A DNA stretch of 55,649 nucleotides, filler included, from Sphacelaria rigidula (lineage: Eukaryota): assembly GCA_964200075.2 (NCBI GenBank). It is 6 parts of 6 records of this genome, joined end to end, with 100 filler letters (N's around TTAATTAATTAA, not from the genome) between each part and the next. Parts side by side here need not be neighbours in the genome. Positions count along the whole stretch, not along the records: positions 1 to 9,192 come from CAXNAA020009083.1; positions 9,293 to 18,484 come from CAXNAA020009084.1; 4 more parts are not named here. The stretch is one strand, 5' to 3'. Under the pieces are notes generated by a model. It ran no database searches, was not told the DNA's origin, and saw only the letters and a program-made list of their open reading frames with translations. Made by a program: the position numbers and the translations under genes. Positions 1 to 11,600 of the stretch are shown here, one piece after another (the stretch's first letter is position 1; every line of letters starts with the position of its first letter).

Positions 1-80
1 AGGGATTGATTCGTCATGAGTCGACTCATTATACTAAAACCAGGTGATTTTCAGACGAATCATTTTTTGTCCGACCCTTG
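1..80 (-). mobile_element. Terminal fragment of a dispersed repeat family whose end reads CAAGGGTCGGAC
   Basis: The reverse complement aligns by eye to 1379-1460 and 2811-2892; the forward sequence aligns to 30451-30532. All copies stop at the same CAAGG(G/T)TC end. Confidence 0.7.
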
Positions 81-869
81 CAACCTTCGACCCTTTGACC
101 GTCAGGGTAGCTCAGCTAGGTTGGACTCGTTTTTCAGTTATAAAATATGACGACTCAACGGTCTTCTCCGGCTAGCGGTTAAAGAGTTGGGTCGGCGCTT
201 TGTCTAGTTTTTGATTCCCGAAGTGGTCGTAGGTCCGGGGAGCGGAAGCTTTGTTATCAATCCCACGTATAGTACTGTCCCGTAATTTCACCTGCCTGAC
301 AATATTGAACCAGTTCTCGGGTTGGTTTGAACCATCGAGGGAATCTTTAACCGGTCTTGGACTACCTGAGTGCGGGTGTACATTCCCCATCGTTTGGACG
401 GAAAGAGAACTGACCGCGATCAGCGAGGTAAACCTGATGTACATACAAGTAGCCGGAGCTCGAAAGAAATCTCGTGAGCTGCCGAGTACCCCGAACACGG
501 GCGTATCGAAAGGAGTGGGGAAGGCCACAGGTCGTTTCACGAGAACCTGGGTACGTGGGGTCTGCTAATTGCTTCCAGGCCATCTGTTTCAGATGGCCGT
601 AGTCACCCCACGAGCATCGTTGAAGGGATGATGATATGCACCCCATTCGGATGCCTGGTACGTGTCGAGTGGAATTATGAAATAAAATGTGGCGGGTAAC
701 GAGGGATGAAGCTAATAGCACTTTCACCTTGGCTCTCAGTTGGCAACTGTGGAGCATGTTCTTGAGGGGGTACAGCCGAGAACATTGATGGTCGGTTGCA
801 CCAACCCTTCAAAATCAACCATTCATGAACGGTTGTCCGAAGCATGAATGGCGTCGGAGAATGCGGCCC

Positions 870-1057
870 TGTGGTACCCACGGGGAAATCGAAGGAGGTC
901 AGTTTTTTTGCGGGTAACTTTTATGATTTCGAATAACACTGACACTAACCCTAACCCCAAGGAAGGCATACCTAGAACCCCCGGGCAAGGGGGATGCGAA
1001 GTGTTCCCTAGTCAAAGTGTGCGTTGCCCAGCCACAAGTCGGCGCCCCAGTCGCCGA
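870..1057 (+). repeat. Dispersed ~180-bp repeat containing degenerate CCCTAA hexamers (copy 1)
   Basis: Aligns to the reverse complement of 7790-7940 (shared aaggcata..agaa.cc.cgggca.ggggga.gcgaagtgt); contains cactaaccctaacccc. Confidence 0.7.
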
Positions 1058-1378
1058 TGTAGACAAAAAAAAACGTGTGTTGCGCATGCTATTATAGGAG
1101 CACAGCACTCCCATTAAAGATGCGGATTTTTGGGATATTTCTTCACTACAATCAAGTAACTACCGAGTGATCACCTCTGCTGGACCGAATCGAAGGGCTC
1201 TGCAAAAATTCAGATACGTCGTCACTATTGTTACGTACCTACGCCCTGTGGCGAGGAAAGCTTCGACAAAACACCGAACACCACCGGAGGGATCCGTATT
1301 TCTCGTGCCTCCTGTACACACCGAAAACCCGCCAAGTACATTTGTATCGTTCGAAATGACGTGTCGACGTTGACTTTC

Positions 1379-1645
1379 CAAGGGTCCGACGAATAACGAT
1401 TCATCTGAAGATTACTTGCTTTCAATTTAACTGACTCGTACCGTATGAATCAATCCTTGGTCTCTTGGTTTCGGCGTTGCACCCGAGGCACGCGCACCCC
1501 AGGCACGTGTGGAATAGCACAAGAATTGCGTGGGGAATGCTTTCCCCCCCGTGATCACGCTTATTCCCTCGATCGACCTGGCTTCAGAAATCGTGGAGCG
1601 ATCCGAGCGAGCGACGATTCGTGTGACTTGTGGACTCTTCAAACG
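1379..1645 (+). mobile_element. CAAGGGTC-terminus dispersed repeat, degenerate copy
   Basis: Collinear with 2811-3075 (gcgttgcaccc..gg.acgcgca.cccaggca.gtg..aat.gc...a..attgcgtgg) and with the reverse complement of 30295-30532. Confidence 0.7.
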
Positions 1646-2810
1646 ATGCTATTCCCCAGACCGCAAAAATATGGATAGAAACACACCTGACCTTCCAACC
1701 GCAAGTCATCATGAGCCAACCACGTCAGTCTACTACTACACTTCGGGACTGGCTTTTTGTCCGTCTCGGCCGACACTATTTCAACATCGCTGTTCACCTG
1801 TGCACAGGATTTCGGTTTCGCACGTCAACAGAAAAGCGCTAGTTTTTTCGAAGATTGATTTGTCCTCGGGTTGTGAGTAAACACCAGGAAGTACTTGCTC
1901 CCTTGATGGCATGTGTTGAGCTTACGCGTGCCTTCATGCGACCCTCTTCTCGGAAAGCATGCGGCCGAGACCTCGTGTTGTCTTTGTTTTTCTCTTCGCC
2001 GTTGTGGCATGTTTCCCTTTTGGGGCGAGCGTTACGATTATATATGTATTGTCTCGTGATTGGATTCGTATCTGACCAGTTGATGTGCGGTGATCGACCT
2101 ATCTTGAGCCAAGAAAGCGTGCATATAGCACTCCTTAATACACCACAGCGAGCACCGTTTAGCATGCTGATTCTACAGCAACTTACTGCACCTCAAATCA
2201 TCGCACTATGATGGACATTTGCAGCGGTTGAAATGTTTTCACTCCCATGCTGTTGGCAACATCTCCCATCACTATCGAGCATAGTCCCTCAACGGTTCCC
2301 ATGTGGAGTTGGTTTGGCATGGCCTGCACTGAGCTCCTCGTCAGACCCGCAATCCGTACCCTCTCCAAACAAACTACTCGTGAACTCTGCATGTGGGTAC
2401 ACAGGTGTGTTCGGCTGTGTCGCGTCTCGAAAAAACGTGATGGCCTGAGGATTGAGTTTCATATCGAAGTAGCGGAGAATGTCTTTCCCGCAGCGCACGA
2501 GGCCGGCTGAGGAGCAGACGAAATCCCTTTGAGAAATGTCCCCCCACAAGACTTGAACATTTTCGAAACAAATTGATTTCTCCGACCCCTCAAATTAGGT
2601 CTAGAGCCGTTGTTGCGGTTGGAGGTTAGGTCGGACTGGTTATCGGTCCCCTGCCTTGAACTGCCACTGAATGCTTGTGGTTTTTCAAGCCCCAGAAAAA
2701 TCCCGATGTTGGCCCGAGATTAAAAAGTACAAGGGTGTGCTCGGTGGCGAAAAAACGGGGTAGAGACTCTCGCGAATCATTTGTTGCGATGCTTCGACCT
2801 GCAAAGTTTG

Positions 2811-3075
2811 CAAGGTTCGGATGAACAATGATGCGTCTGGAAATTACTTGACTGTAAGGTGTGCTCGATATGAACCGCACGATTCAAGCCTTGGGCTTTG
2901 TTCTCAGCGTTGCACCCCAGGAACGCGCAGCCCAGGCATGTGAAATGGCGTAAAGATTGCGTGGAAACGTTGTTGATCCACGGTCAACTTTCTCCCTTCT
3001 TTCGAACGATCAGACCTCAACTATCGTGGATTTGGTAGTTGGCGCCGGCGATTAGCGTCCGAACTTTACTCGAAT
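2811..3075 (+). mobile_element. CAAGGGTC-terminus dispersed repeat, degenerate copy
   Basis: Collinear with 1379-1645 and with the reverse complement of 30295-30532. Confidence 0.7.
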
Positions 3076-3148
3076 CTTGGATAAACAGGTACGATTGCAA
3101 TACTCTATCCAAAATCTGGGTATTGCTGAGTACAATCTCAATCCTCCT

Positions 3149-3510
3149 CAGGCACCGTAGGTAAGGTCGGTACCCGGTACCGGTATTTGGGGCATCTCAT
3201 ACCCTACCGATACCCGTCTAATGGGGGTATTTTCAAAGGTCAAACCTAAATTACCCACGATACCAAGGTATTTGGAGATATCAATATTTACCGATACTGG
3301 TCCAATCTGGTATTTTTGAAACTCATACTCACGATACCCACGATATCACGGTATTTCGAAATTTCAATACCTCCCGTACACACTCGATGGGGTATTTTTG
3401 AAACTCCTTTTTCTCTATGATATCCACGTATACCACAGTATTGAGATACTGGGGTAAGTACCGGAGGCATACACCCGGTAAATACCGGACGCGATGCACT
3501 CCCCACGGTG
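3149..3510 (+). mobile_element. Non-autonomous element with ~3 internal 82-87-bp tandem units; same family as 37590-38331
   Basis: Starts caggcaccgtaggtaagg, matching the reverse complement of 38311-38331. Internal units contain cgatacc.cggtatttcga.at. Ends cccacggtg, a weak inverted match to caccgtagg. Confidence 0.65.
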
Positions 3511-5126
3511 TAGCAGCTGGTCTCAATTTACGCGAAGGCCAGAAGTTGTCTGAGCAGGTACGTCTTGTTTTCACAAGTAATACTTCTCATGTCTCATAAG
3601 TCTGGGTACTTGAGGGCGCTTAATCGTCTGGGAATTTCAATGTTGATGACCATCCTTTGGTTGGGTTCGTTGGAGGAGTAAAGCGCAGGCGAAGCTGATG
3701 GAAAAAAAAAAAAATGTGTCTTCAATGATTCAGATTACTCTGTCGCGTAAGTAGAGTCCGTTATGGGGAATAGGTCGTACCTCACCAACAGAGGTGCTCA
3801 CGATGTAATAGTCAGGTTCGTTGAAAAGATATACTCGTCTGTCCCACAAGGTAAGCCCATTTGGAACATTTCATTGCGATGATGTACCCAATACAGTTGT
3901 TTTGGACATCCGACCAACATATCTTCCACATACGGTTGCCATCATGTAAAAAAACAAAATAAAAAATAGCCCCAGGGGATCACACGTTGTTATCCCCGGC
4001 GTGAAAAAATCACAAAGTGGGCTTGTGTAGTGAGATTTTCCGAAGGAGAGCCAGAGTTTTGGCAGAACTTTGATTGATGTGCGATGCGGGGGGGGGGGTA
4101 CAAATATTTTCGAGGGGTTGGGGACATGGGTGTGAACAAGAAGACCCTCCAGACGCGGGGATAACATGATACTCTCCACGGGATGGGCGGGTATACCCCC
4201 GAATCCGGTATGCATGCTCATGTAATGCTGTGGTGGCGGCAGACTGAAAAATGACGGTTCCGGGCGGTTCTCCGAAACGCCTCGGGAACTATGAAGAAAC
4301 CGTTTCTGCAAAAATCGACGGGAACTGTCAACCGGTAGATTCCGGTTGTGCACGACCGATATACGCTGTTCGTCGTGAGTGTAGCTGCTTGTCTTTCGGG
4401 GGCTTGGGAAAAGCCTTGGTTTTGAGTTTTGCTCCAAAACTTCACAAGAAAAACGGAAAAAACGCTCGGGAAAAGCCGAAAACACGCACGAGAAATGCGG
4501 CAAAACCCTCAAACGGGCTTATGTTGTGGGAAAGAGGAAGTAGTCGCGGAGATGGCCACTGGAAATAACAAAAACAAAAAAATCGACCGACAACCTTACA
4601 ATGGTTGGGTCAAACATGGCCGAATTTTCACCAAATTTTGCCAACCTGTACAATCTCGGTCAAATGTGGACGAATGAGGCTTGTTTTGGAGTAATTGAAA
4701 ACTGCAATGTAAACGAGTGGCTTCAGACTAGGCGTAGCTATCGTATGCCAGCGATGAACCGGAGGAAAAGAGCTAGTTATATATATTTTTCGCGATTTGG
4801 CCTTTTTTCGGATTTCTAGGGTTCTCCGTATCCTGGACAAGGGGCAAAATATGGCCATTTTGGGGCCGACTGATCGTGTATCGGCCATTCTCGCACGCTG
4901 GCTGCTGCGCAAACAGGAGAAAAATAGACGCGATTCAATTAAAAAAACCCGAAGATTTCAAAAAAATATCGCATACGGCATTGGACACGGTGCAGGGTCT
5001 GGGCGATCATAACGGTCTGTACCTACGGCACAGTGAAGTGTGTCGAAATATACCCCATTTTGGCCTTTTCTGATCCATTAATACCCCATCATTGACCGAT
5101 TTTGGACGTTTTCACGTCGAGCACTA

Positions 5127-5913
5127 CGAGCTGGGCCAGCCTAGAGGCGAATTTGAGGCTTGCAGGCGAATGCGCCGGCCAATATTTAGAGTTGGAGCGT
5201 AAAAATTGGTACGGACAATGCACAGGGCATATATATATATATATATCACTGGTTTAGGGCGTTTTGGTATGGTAACGATATTTTTTTCTACGAGAACGCC
5301 CGAACCTCTCCTCAGAGAAAAAAAACGAAGGCCCATTTTTTTTCCCTTGGGAGAGGTTCGCGCGTTCTCCATGCTAAGTTTCGAACTACAATTTTATAAA
5401 TTGAGCTGAAAAACTGAGGTGAGGCCTATCAACAATGTTTATTTCTCCTCAAAACACCCCTAAAAACACGAAACAAGATGAAAGAAACCACACCAAATAT
5501 CATAGCACAACTCTCGAAAACTGAGACGCCATATCCAGATTTCGGGCATCTAGATTGATTGATTTTAGTATGGAACCTCATGTACGCCTAATCTCTAGAT
5601 AAATTACGAACTGGGTGAAAGTGGACGTATCTATCGTCTCCCCGTGCTCCAGGGGAGGTCCACATAAAAAATCGTCATCCGATGAATGCATCGTTCGGGG
5701 TTACATATAGATTTTAGTATAGACGCTATCTCCGTACGGTATAGGAGTTACTAGACATGAGGTTTAATCAACGAGGAAAGAATGGCCCATATTCGTGAGC
5801 AGATGGGCACCTGTCCCCGGATTGAGCATCAATACAATATGCGGATCATGGCCCATCTTGTCTTGAGGAATTGCTGTGAGAGCTTGGATCCGTTTTTAGG
5901 CCGGCCCAGCTCG
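5127..5913. mobile_element. Tc1/mariner-like non-autonomous element (MITE) with TA target duplication
   Basis: TA|CGAGCTGGGCCAGCCTA ... TAGGCCGGCCCAGCTCG|TA terminal inverted repeats; the same termini recur at 9956, 29046, 29278, 29890 and 45864. Superfamily inferred from the TA flanks. Confidence 0.8.
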
Positions 5914-6189
5914 TAGCAATTACATGCCAACAAAATGTCGGAGGCGTGCGTAGGTCATAATCACGGACATGTTCAAAATCAAATGTGGTTTCGCGGCTTT
6001 CACATCTTCTGGCCCATTTTTTCGCGATTTTTCGTGTTTCCAGGGTTTCTCTTGCTTTCCTGGGAAAAACGAACGAAAAATGGCCGTGTTTGGACCCACC
6101 TCCTTTTTCCCGGTCGCGCGGCTGCATCCGGGGGTACCCTCGGTGCGGTACCCTACCTACGGTTCCCGTGCAATCATCCACCCAAATTT

Positions 6190-6562
6190 TGTGTGTGTGT
6201 GTGTGTGTGTGAGTGTGTCGACGTCCCATCCATTCTGGACGCCAGTCTACATTTTCCGGTATACATGGGCGCACCAGCTAAGGTTAAACAGGAGGAAGGT
6301 CTGCACGGGAGCTTTCTTTTTTGTTTGTGTTGAACACTTCACCGTCCTCCTGCGGTGCTTGCCTTTCTTTTGTCTCGAGAGGGGTTTAGCAATCCCTTTC
6401 CCTCATCGACCGTTATATCGGATGTGTGTACCCACGACATAATCCCTCTTCTCTGTTGGGCATGGTGTGAGAAAAAATCCCTCATCGCCTCCGAGAATTG
6501 AACCCACGACCCAGCCGTCAAGAGGTTTCGAGGTTACCAACTGAGCCACCGGGGCGACCGGC
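6190..6562 (-). mobile_element. tRNA-derived SINE, apparently full length, with (CA)n tail
   Basis: Minus-strand head gccggtcgccccggTGGCTCAGTTGGtaacc...gtgGGTTCAATTCtcgg carries Pol III A and B boxes. The ~300-bp body is shared with 7152, 17819, 19463 and 54914; the 3' end runs into (CA)n. Confidence 0.8.
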
Positions 6563-7151
6563 TCTACACGTGACGGAAATACCCTACGCAACACAACGTC
6601 GAAGAAGGGTAACAATTTGTACCGAAAACACGGCGTAAGAACCTAACATGACATTAGGTACTAGTGGTGAGCTTTCGAGATTCGAACGACAAGGTGGGTA
6701 GTTGTGTGTCGGGTCGCATGAGACCTTCATGGGCACGAATTACGGATATTTCTTCATCTAGACTTCGTTCCGCGAGGCATTTTGATCAACGTGGTACAAA
6801 TGAGTTTTGTGTCGAGTCGCCCGCCGGGGCAACAGTATATGGTGCAACGGTCACAAATCTGAAGAGGTCAGCCTCTGCGCTGAGTTTTGTAGCATCACCT
6901 TACATTCGCTTTTTTGACTTTCACGGCTTCGGAGCCGCCCATGAAACCAGTGATATCTCCCTGTCTGTGGAGGCCGTGAACGATATCTGTGCGCCATGCC
7001 TAGTTTGTTGCCGAAATGAAGGAACTTCTATTTTCAAGCACACCACACCCCGCCAAGTGGTGACCGGGCGCGCATCTGACTCGTTTTTCATGTTCCACAT
7101 GTCAATGAGTGACACATCTTTGCTGCGTTTACGATGGCGTAGTCAAACACC

Positions 7152-7462
7152 GTGTGTGTATGTGTGTCGTCAGATCTTGTGGACGCCAGTCTTCGGTATT
7201 TGTGGGTACATCAGCAAGGGTCATGCAGTTGTTTTTACTCCAGTACGCCATCGTCCTTCTCCGGTGCTTGCCTTACTTTTTATCTCAGCAATCCCTTTCC
7301 CTCCTCGTTGACCATGGATTCGAAGTTGGTGCCCCCACGGCACGGGTCGGTCTTCACTGTCGGGCATGATGTCAAAAATACTCCCGGATCGTGAACCCGC
7401 ACCGAGACTCGAACCCACGCCCGAACCGTCCGAAGGAGTTGAGGCTACCATTTGAGCCACCG
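7152..7462 (-). mobile_element. tRNA-derived SINE, degenerate copy
   Basis: Same body (ggacgccagt, atccctttccctc.tc), B box gggttcgagtc, A box tggctcaaatgg and a short (CA)n tail. Confidence 0.75.
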
Positions 7463-7789
7463 CGTTACGGAAATTTGAAGAGGCGCAGGCTAACGCTTGG
7501 ATCAGTAGAGTGCCCGAAACCGAAGTCGGGAGCGATGCGCATGAGCGGTGACCGCGTCTCAATTACGCTGTTGCTCTTGAGCGGCCATGACTGTTGTGAA
7601 TGTGTAAGCGGTTAGTACGCGCGCTCTGCTCTAATTCTCGGTAGATCTGACGAAATGTACGTGAACCGATGGTTGGTACTCGATTTTACTTGATTTTAGA
7701 CTAACAAAGTTCTGAGAAAGTATGGCTTCGGGCAGGGGAGTAGTGGTGAGCAGTAGACCCAGCTCGTCCAGAACGTGTTTTGATGCAAA

Positions 7790-7940
7790 GCCGGCTCAAG
7801 GGCGTCGATTTGAGCTCTGGTAACGCACCCGTAGCCTACGAGACACTTCGCTCCCCCTGCCCGAGGATTCTCGATATGCCTTGGTCGGGGTGAGGGTTAC
7901 GGTTAGCGTTAGAGTTGGCGGTATTCCCGTAGTACCAACC
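7790..7940 (-). repeat. Dispersed repeat with degenerate telomere-like hexamers (copy 2)
   Basis: The reverse complement aligns to 870-1057; contains gtgagggttacggttagcgttagagtt. Confidence 0.7.
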
Positions 7941-8200
7941 ATTGTCCACATACATTTCGTCAAATCCTCCCGTAATTCTGGTGCAATTTTTTGCGTATAT
8001 CCCGAAATCACACGGATCCCGATCTATGAACTTCTTTCGTACGCTGGCTGAATTCCGAGTTTACGTTACAGGCGAAGCGTAGAGAATGACATTCAGCGTG
8101 TTGCACCAAACATGAGTCGAAGACTTGGGTACCGAACTCCCTTCGCTCTACCTTTCTTCACGCTTTCGTACATCAATCTTCCGTACATGGTGTTCTCCAA

Positions 8201-9192
8201 ATGCCCACAGAAGGAACACATCAAACGACCGAGAAACCTTGTGCTGCTGATTCCGTTCCTGTTGCTACGTTGCCGTCTGAAGGAATGAAGCACGGCCCCG
8301 CCATCGAATCCTCACAAGGGACAGCCACCGCCCATACCCCACCGTCGCCAACCATGGGTAAGGCGGAGCCTCCAGCAACGAGAGCTCCGGAGGCCGAGCT
8401 GCCCGCTCTGCTCGAGACATCGACCGAGGACGTACCACGGCCAGCTGCGGCGGACCCCATCGCCGATACACCCCCGCCGCCATCGACTGATATGCCAGGG
8501 CCTGCAGCGATGGAGCCGGAGGCCTCGACCGCCGCCGTTGCGCCAGCCGAGCCGCCCGCCGCGATCGAGACGTCAACCGACAATACTGCGGAGCCTACCG
8601 CCGACGTGTCAGGAGAGCCGGAGGCCTCTGCTGCCGAGGCGCCCGCTGCGCCCGAGACTTCGACCGAGAACGTGACGGAGCCAGTCGCCGCGGAGCCTAC
8701 CGCCGACGCATCAGGAGAGCCGGAGGCCTCTGCCGAGGCGCCCGCTGCGGTCGAGACATCGACGGAGAACGTGACGGAACCCGCCCTGGCGGAGCCCACC
8801 GCCGACGCGTCAGGAGAGCCGGAGGCGTCGGCAACCGACGTGCCCCGTGAGCTCGAGACATCGACCGAGGACGTGTCGCAGCCAGTCGCTGCGGAGCTTA
8901 CTGCCGACACGCCGGGTGGGCCGGAGGCGTCGGCAACCGACGCGCCCGCCGCGTTCGAGACGTCGACCGAGGGCGTGACGGAGCCAGTCGCTGCGAACGC
9001 GCTGGCTGCGGTTGAGACGCCGATGGAGGACGTGACGGAGCCCGCCGTGGCGGAGCCTAACGCCTCCGCGTCAGGAGAGCCGGAGGCGTCGGCTACCGAG
9101 GCGGCCGCTGCGCTCGATACGTCGACCGAGGACGTGACGGACCCCGCCACTGCGGAGCCCACCGCTGTCGCATCGGGAGAGCTGGAGGCGTC
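8201..9192 (+). CDS. Partial CDS of an acidic Ala/Glu/Pro/Thr-rich tandem-repeat protein of unknown function, truncated at the end of the piece
   Basis: About 330 open codons with GC-rich third positions. Roughly eight 33-34-aa repeats of consensus ETSTEDVTEPxxAEPTADASGEPEASAxxAPAA keep frame despite indels. The start is either ATG 8201 or the acceptor cccacag|8211. Confidence 0.7.
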
Positions 9193-9292
9193 NNNNNNNN
9201 NNNNNNNNNNNNNNNNNNNNNNNNNNNNNNNNNNNNTTAATTAATTAANNNNNNNNNNNNNNNNNNNNNNNNNNNNNNNNNNNNNNNNNNNN
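9193..9292. other. Artificial linker N44-TTAATTAATTAA-N44
   Basis: Identical 100-bp spacer with stops in all six frames; occurs five times. Confidence 0.98.
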
Positions 9293-9350
9293 CTTAGGAG
9301 CCTCGTTTTTCGTGCAACCAAATACCCCCCCCCCTATCGTAGGATGACTC
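9293..9350 (-). mobile_element. Terminus of a repeat beginning GAGTCATCC, cut by the start of the piece
   Basis: The reverse complement gagtcatcctacgatagggggggggg..ttgcacgaaaaacgaggctc matches 46293-46351. Confidence 0.65.
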
Positions 9351-9956
9351 ATTCATTGTCCATACCAAATTTCAGGGTCCAACTCTGAATGTAAAAAAGA
9401 GCATGGGCCTGTCAAAAACCGGGTCGGTAGAAATTCGAAACAGTATTCCGCAGGCCACTCACTGGCCCACGTTTGGTTTTCGTGTATTGAAATTTTGTGT
9501 GTGCGCTCTTTAAGGCATAATTAAAAAAAAAAAAAGTAGGTCAGGTTGATTTCTTTCATTTTTTTTTCACTGGTTTAGGGCGTTCTACTATGATAAAGAC
9601 CATTTCTTCACGAGAACGCCCTAACCTGTATGAAAAAAATTAAAAAATGAAGGCCCTTTTTTATATATATTCGGCACTCTTTCGTGGTTCTCCACACCAA
9701 AATTCGTCGCTGTCCGCAAAATGCATGGATCGGGAGTTTCATAGAGATTTTAGTATTGGCGCTATCTCCCTTAGGTATACAAATTACTAGAAATGGTGTT
9801 TAATCAATGAGAAAATATGGCCCAAAATATTGAGCAGATGGGCACCTTCCCCTTGATTGGACGATTAATACGATATGCGGATCACGGCCCAACTGGTCTG
9901 TGTCGATGAGATATTGCTTTTAGAGCTTAACTCCGTTTTTAGGCTGGCCCAGCTCG
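9351..9956. mobile_element. Right part of a Tc1/mariner-like MITE (family of 5127-5913)
   Basis: Ends TAGGCTGGCCCAGCTCG|TA; 9565-9956 aligns to 5247-5913 with deletions; 9351-9490 aligns to 46149-46290. Confidence 0.75.
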
Positions 9957-10483
9957 TAGCATTTGTATAAGTCACAACGCTATCTCCACTGTTGATTGAA
10001 TCTGTCCATTGTGGCAATGGCACTTAGGTAAGTTGGCGTAACACGTCTCGACTCTCGAGGTTTTGCGGGAGTATCTCATGCGAAAGTATTACTCACTGCA
10101 CCATCTCGCAATACTTGGTGCACATCCATCTCGATCAAGTGGCACGCCACACCCAATCGCGTGCGGAAAATGAGTGGAAAGAACAAATACCATCACCGTT
10201 TACATATGTTACACGCTGTACCACCTTCGTTGCTAAATTACATGACGTATTGGTTGTAGTAGGGAAACTGAAACTTCACCATTAGATCACCCTAACGCGC
10301 ATGTTGTGCGTATTAGTGCAACCACACACCACACTCCCACACGCTCACCGGCTGCACCACAAGGTAGATGTCTCAATGAAGTTTTACGATACTTCTGTGC
10401 AGGTCGTCGGTTAGCGGGGAAGTAGGGGCCGGCTCTTGGCGTCGGAGATTGATGTGGTGAAGTGGTAAGTATGGGTGGTGCTG

Positions 10484-10640
10484 GTGTTGTGATGTGGTGT
10501 GGGTGTTGCTGCGCTTTCGTGGATGCGGCGGGGCGGGTGGGGGCGTACGCCGCGGTGGTATGGGTAGTGCTGTTGTTGTGATGTGGTGTGGGTGTTGCTA
10601 CGCTTTCGTGGATGCGGCGGGGCGGGTGGGGGCGCACGCC
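10484..10640. repeat. GT/GC-rich tandem duplication (about 88-bp period, 2 copies)
   Basis: tgttgtgatgtggtgtgggtgttgct.cgctttcgtggatgcggcggggcgggtgggggcg.acgcc occurs twice. Confidence 0.85.
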
Positions 10641-10872
10641 AGGTGATGATGGTGTTGATAGTTATATACCGTGCACCACGTGGTCATACGAGCGCGCAAC
10701 CTTTCATATTTGGCCGACACATCGTGGTGTTTGACTTCACTCGGACTGTCCCGCGACCCATGAAATACCTCGTGCACTTCTGGACTGATTGCCCGAATAT
10801 TCACAGGACACCTCAGGATGCCTGCGACAGAAACGACAACGAGGGGAAAACGAACGGAACCCCCCTCGCTTA

Positions 10873-11097
10873 GGGCCCTTATTAACCCTTAGACGGCGAG
10901 CTTAGTCTTTCTGGATCATGCATACTTGTTTTCACTTGAAATTGATGCCGATTCAACAGTCCAAGGGTTAACGAGCTTTGTTTTTCACATACTCATTTCC
11001 ATCCATTTTATTATGATGAAATCTGGATGAAAATGGAAGGATAAAAATGAAAAAAAAATGGATGAAAAGTGTGATAAGTAAAACCCAATAAGGGCCC
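10873..11097. mobile_element. PIF/Harbinger (Tourist)-like MITE with TTA target duplication
   Basis: TTA|GGGCCCTTATT ... AATAAGGGCCC|TTA, with an AT-rich, partly self-complementary interior. Confidence 0.75.
10886..10967 (+). mobile_element. piggyBac-like MITE (82 bp) with TTAA target duplication, nested in the Tourist-like MITE
   Basis: TTAA|CCCTTAGAC ... GTCCAAGGG|TTAA; the core ttgatgccgattc is shared with the copies at 39715-40548, 41298 and 45420. Confidence 0.8.
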
Positions 11098-11600
11098 TTA
11101 TTACCGTCCCCGGCCGACGGAACAAAGGGTCACCACGGTGTACCCAACGAATGGCTCAAAAACGAGCTCATCGCGCGCCAAAGAAACCGTTACGACACAC
11201 AGACTCTATGTCTTGTCTGTTGCACGAGTACCCGTTACACTGTGTATACAGCAGTATATTTGAATGTATCAAAAAAAAAATCCCGACTGACATGCTTCGG
11301 AGGGTGCGTGTTGCCCATGCATTCCAACGACACTACGACAAAGACCTTATTTCGGATATAAATCACTGCCGAGATTTACTTTTGAATGAATACGCCAGGT
11401 ATGCTGTACTGGCATAGCCCCGTGCTGTACTGTATCGTGGCTTTCGAGAAGTCGATCGTGAAAGTCAATCGCAAGGAAGGGGTGCTATACACCGTCGACG
11501 ATATCGTCTAGAAGAAAAGTTGTACTCCAAACACCCCTCATCTTACAGTGTCCGACGCCTGTGGCTTGCCTGCGGTCAAAGGGGCACGTGCAACAGCGAC

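Noticed and set aside
1650..2620. Transposase or viral ORF between two repeat copies
   Set aside because: Only short, stop-interrupted frames and no motif I can recognise.
6490..6562. tRNA gene
   Set aside because: A and B boxes are present, but each copy is attached to the same ~300-bp body and (CA)n tail and the copies are diverged; this is a SINE head.
8221..9162. 313-aa minus-strand ORF
   Set aside because: Antisense shadow of the GC-rich repeat CDS on the + strand.
9237..9248. TTAATTAATTAA as a biological motif or piggyBac target
   Set aside because: It is the centre of the synthetic linker.
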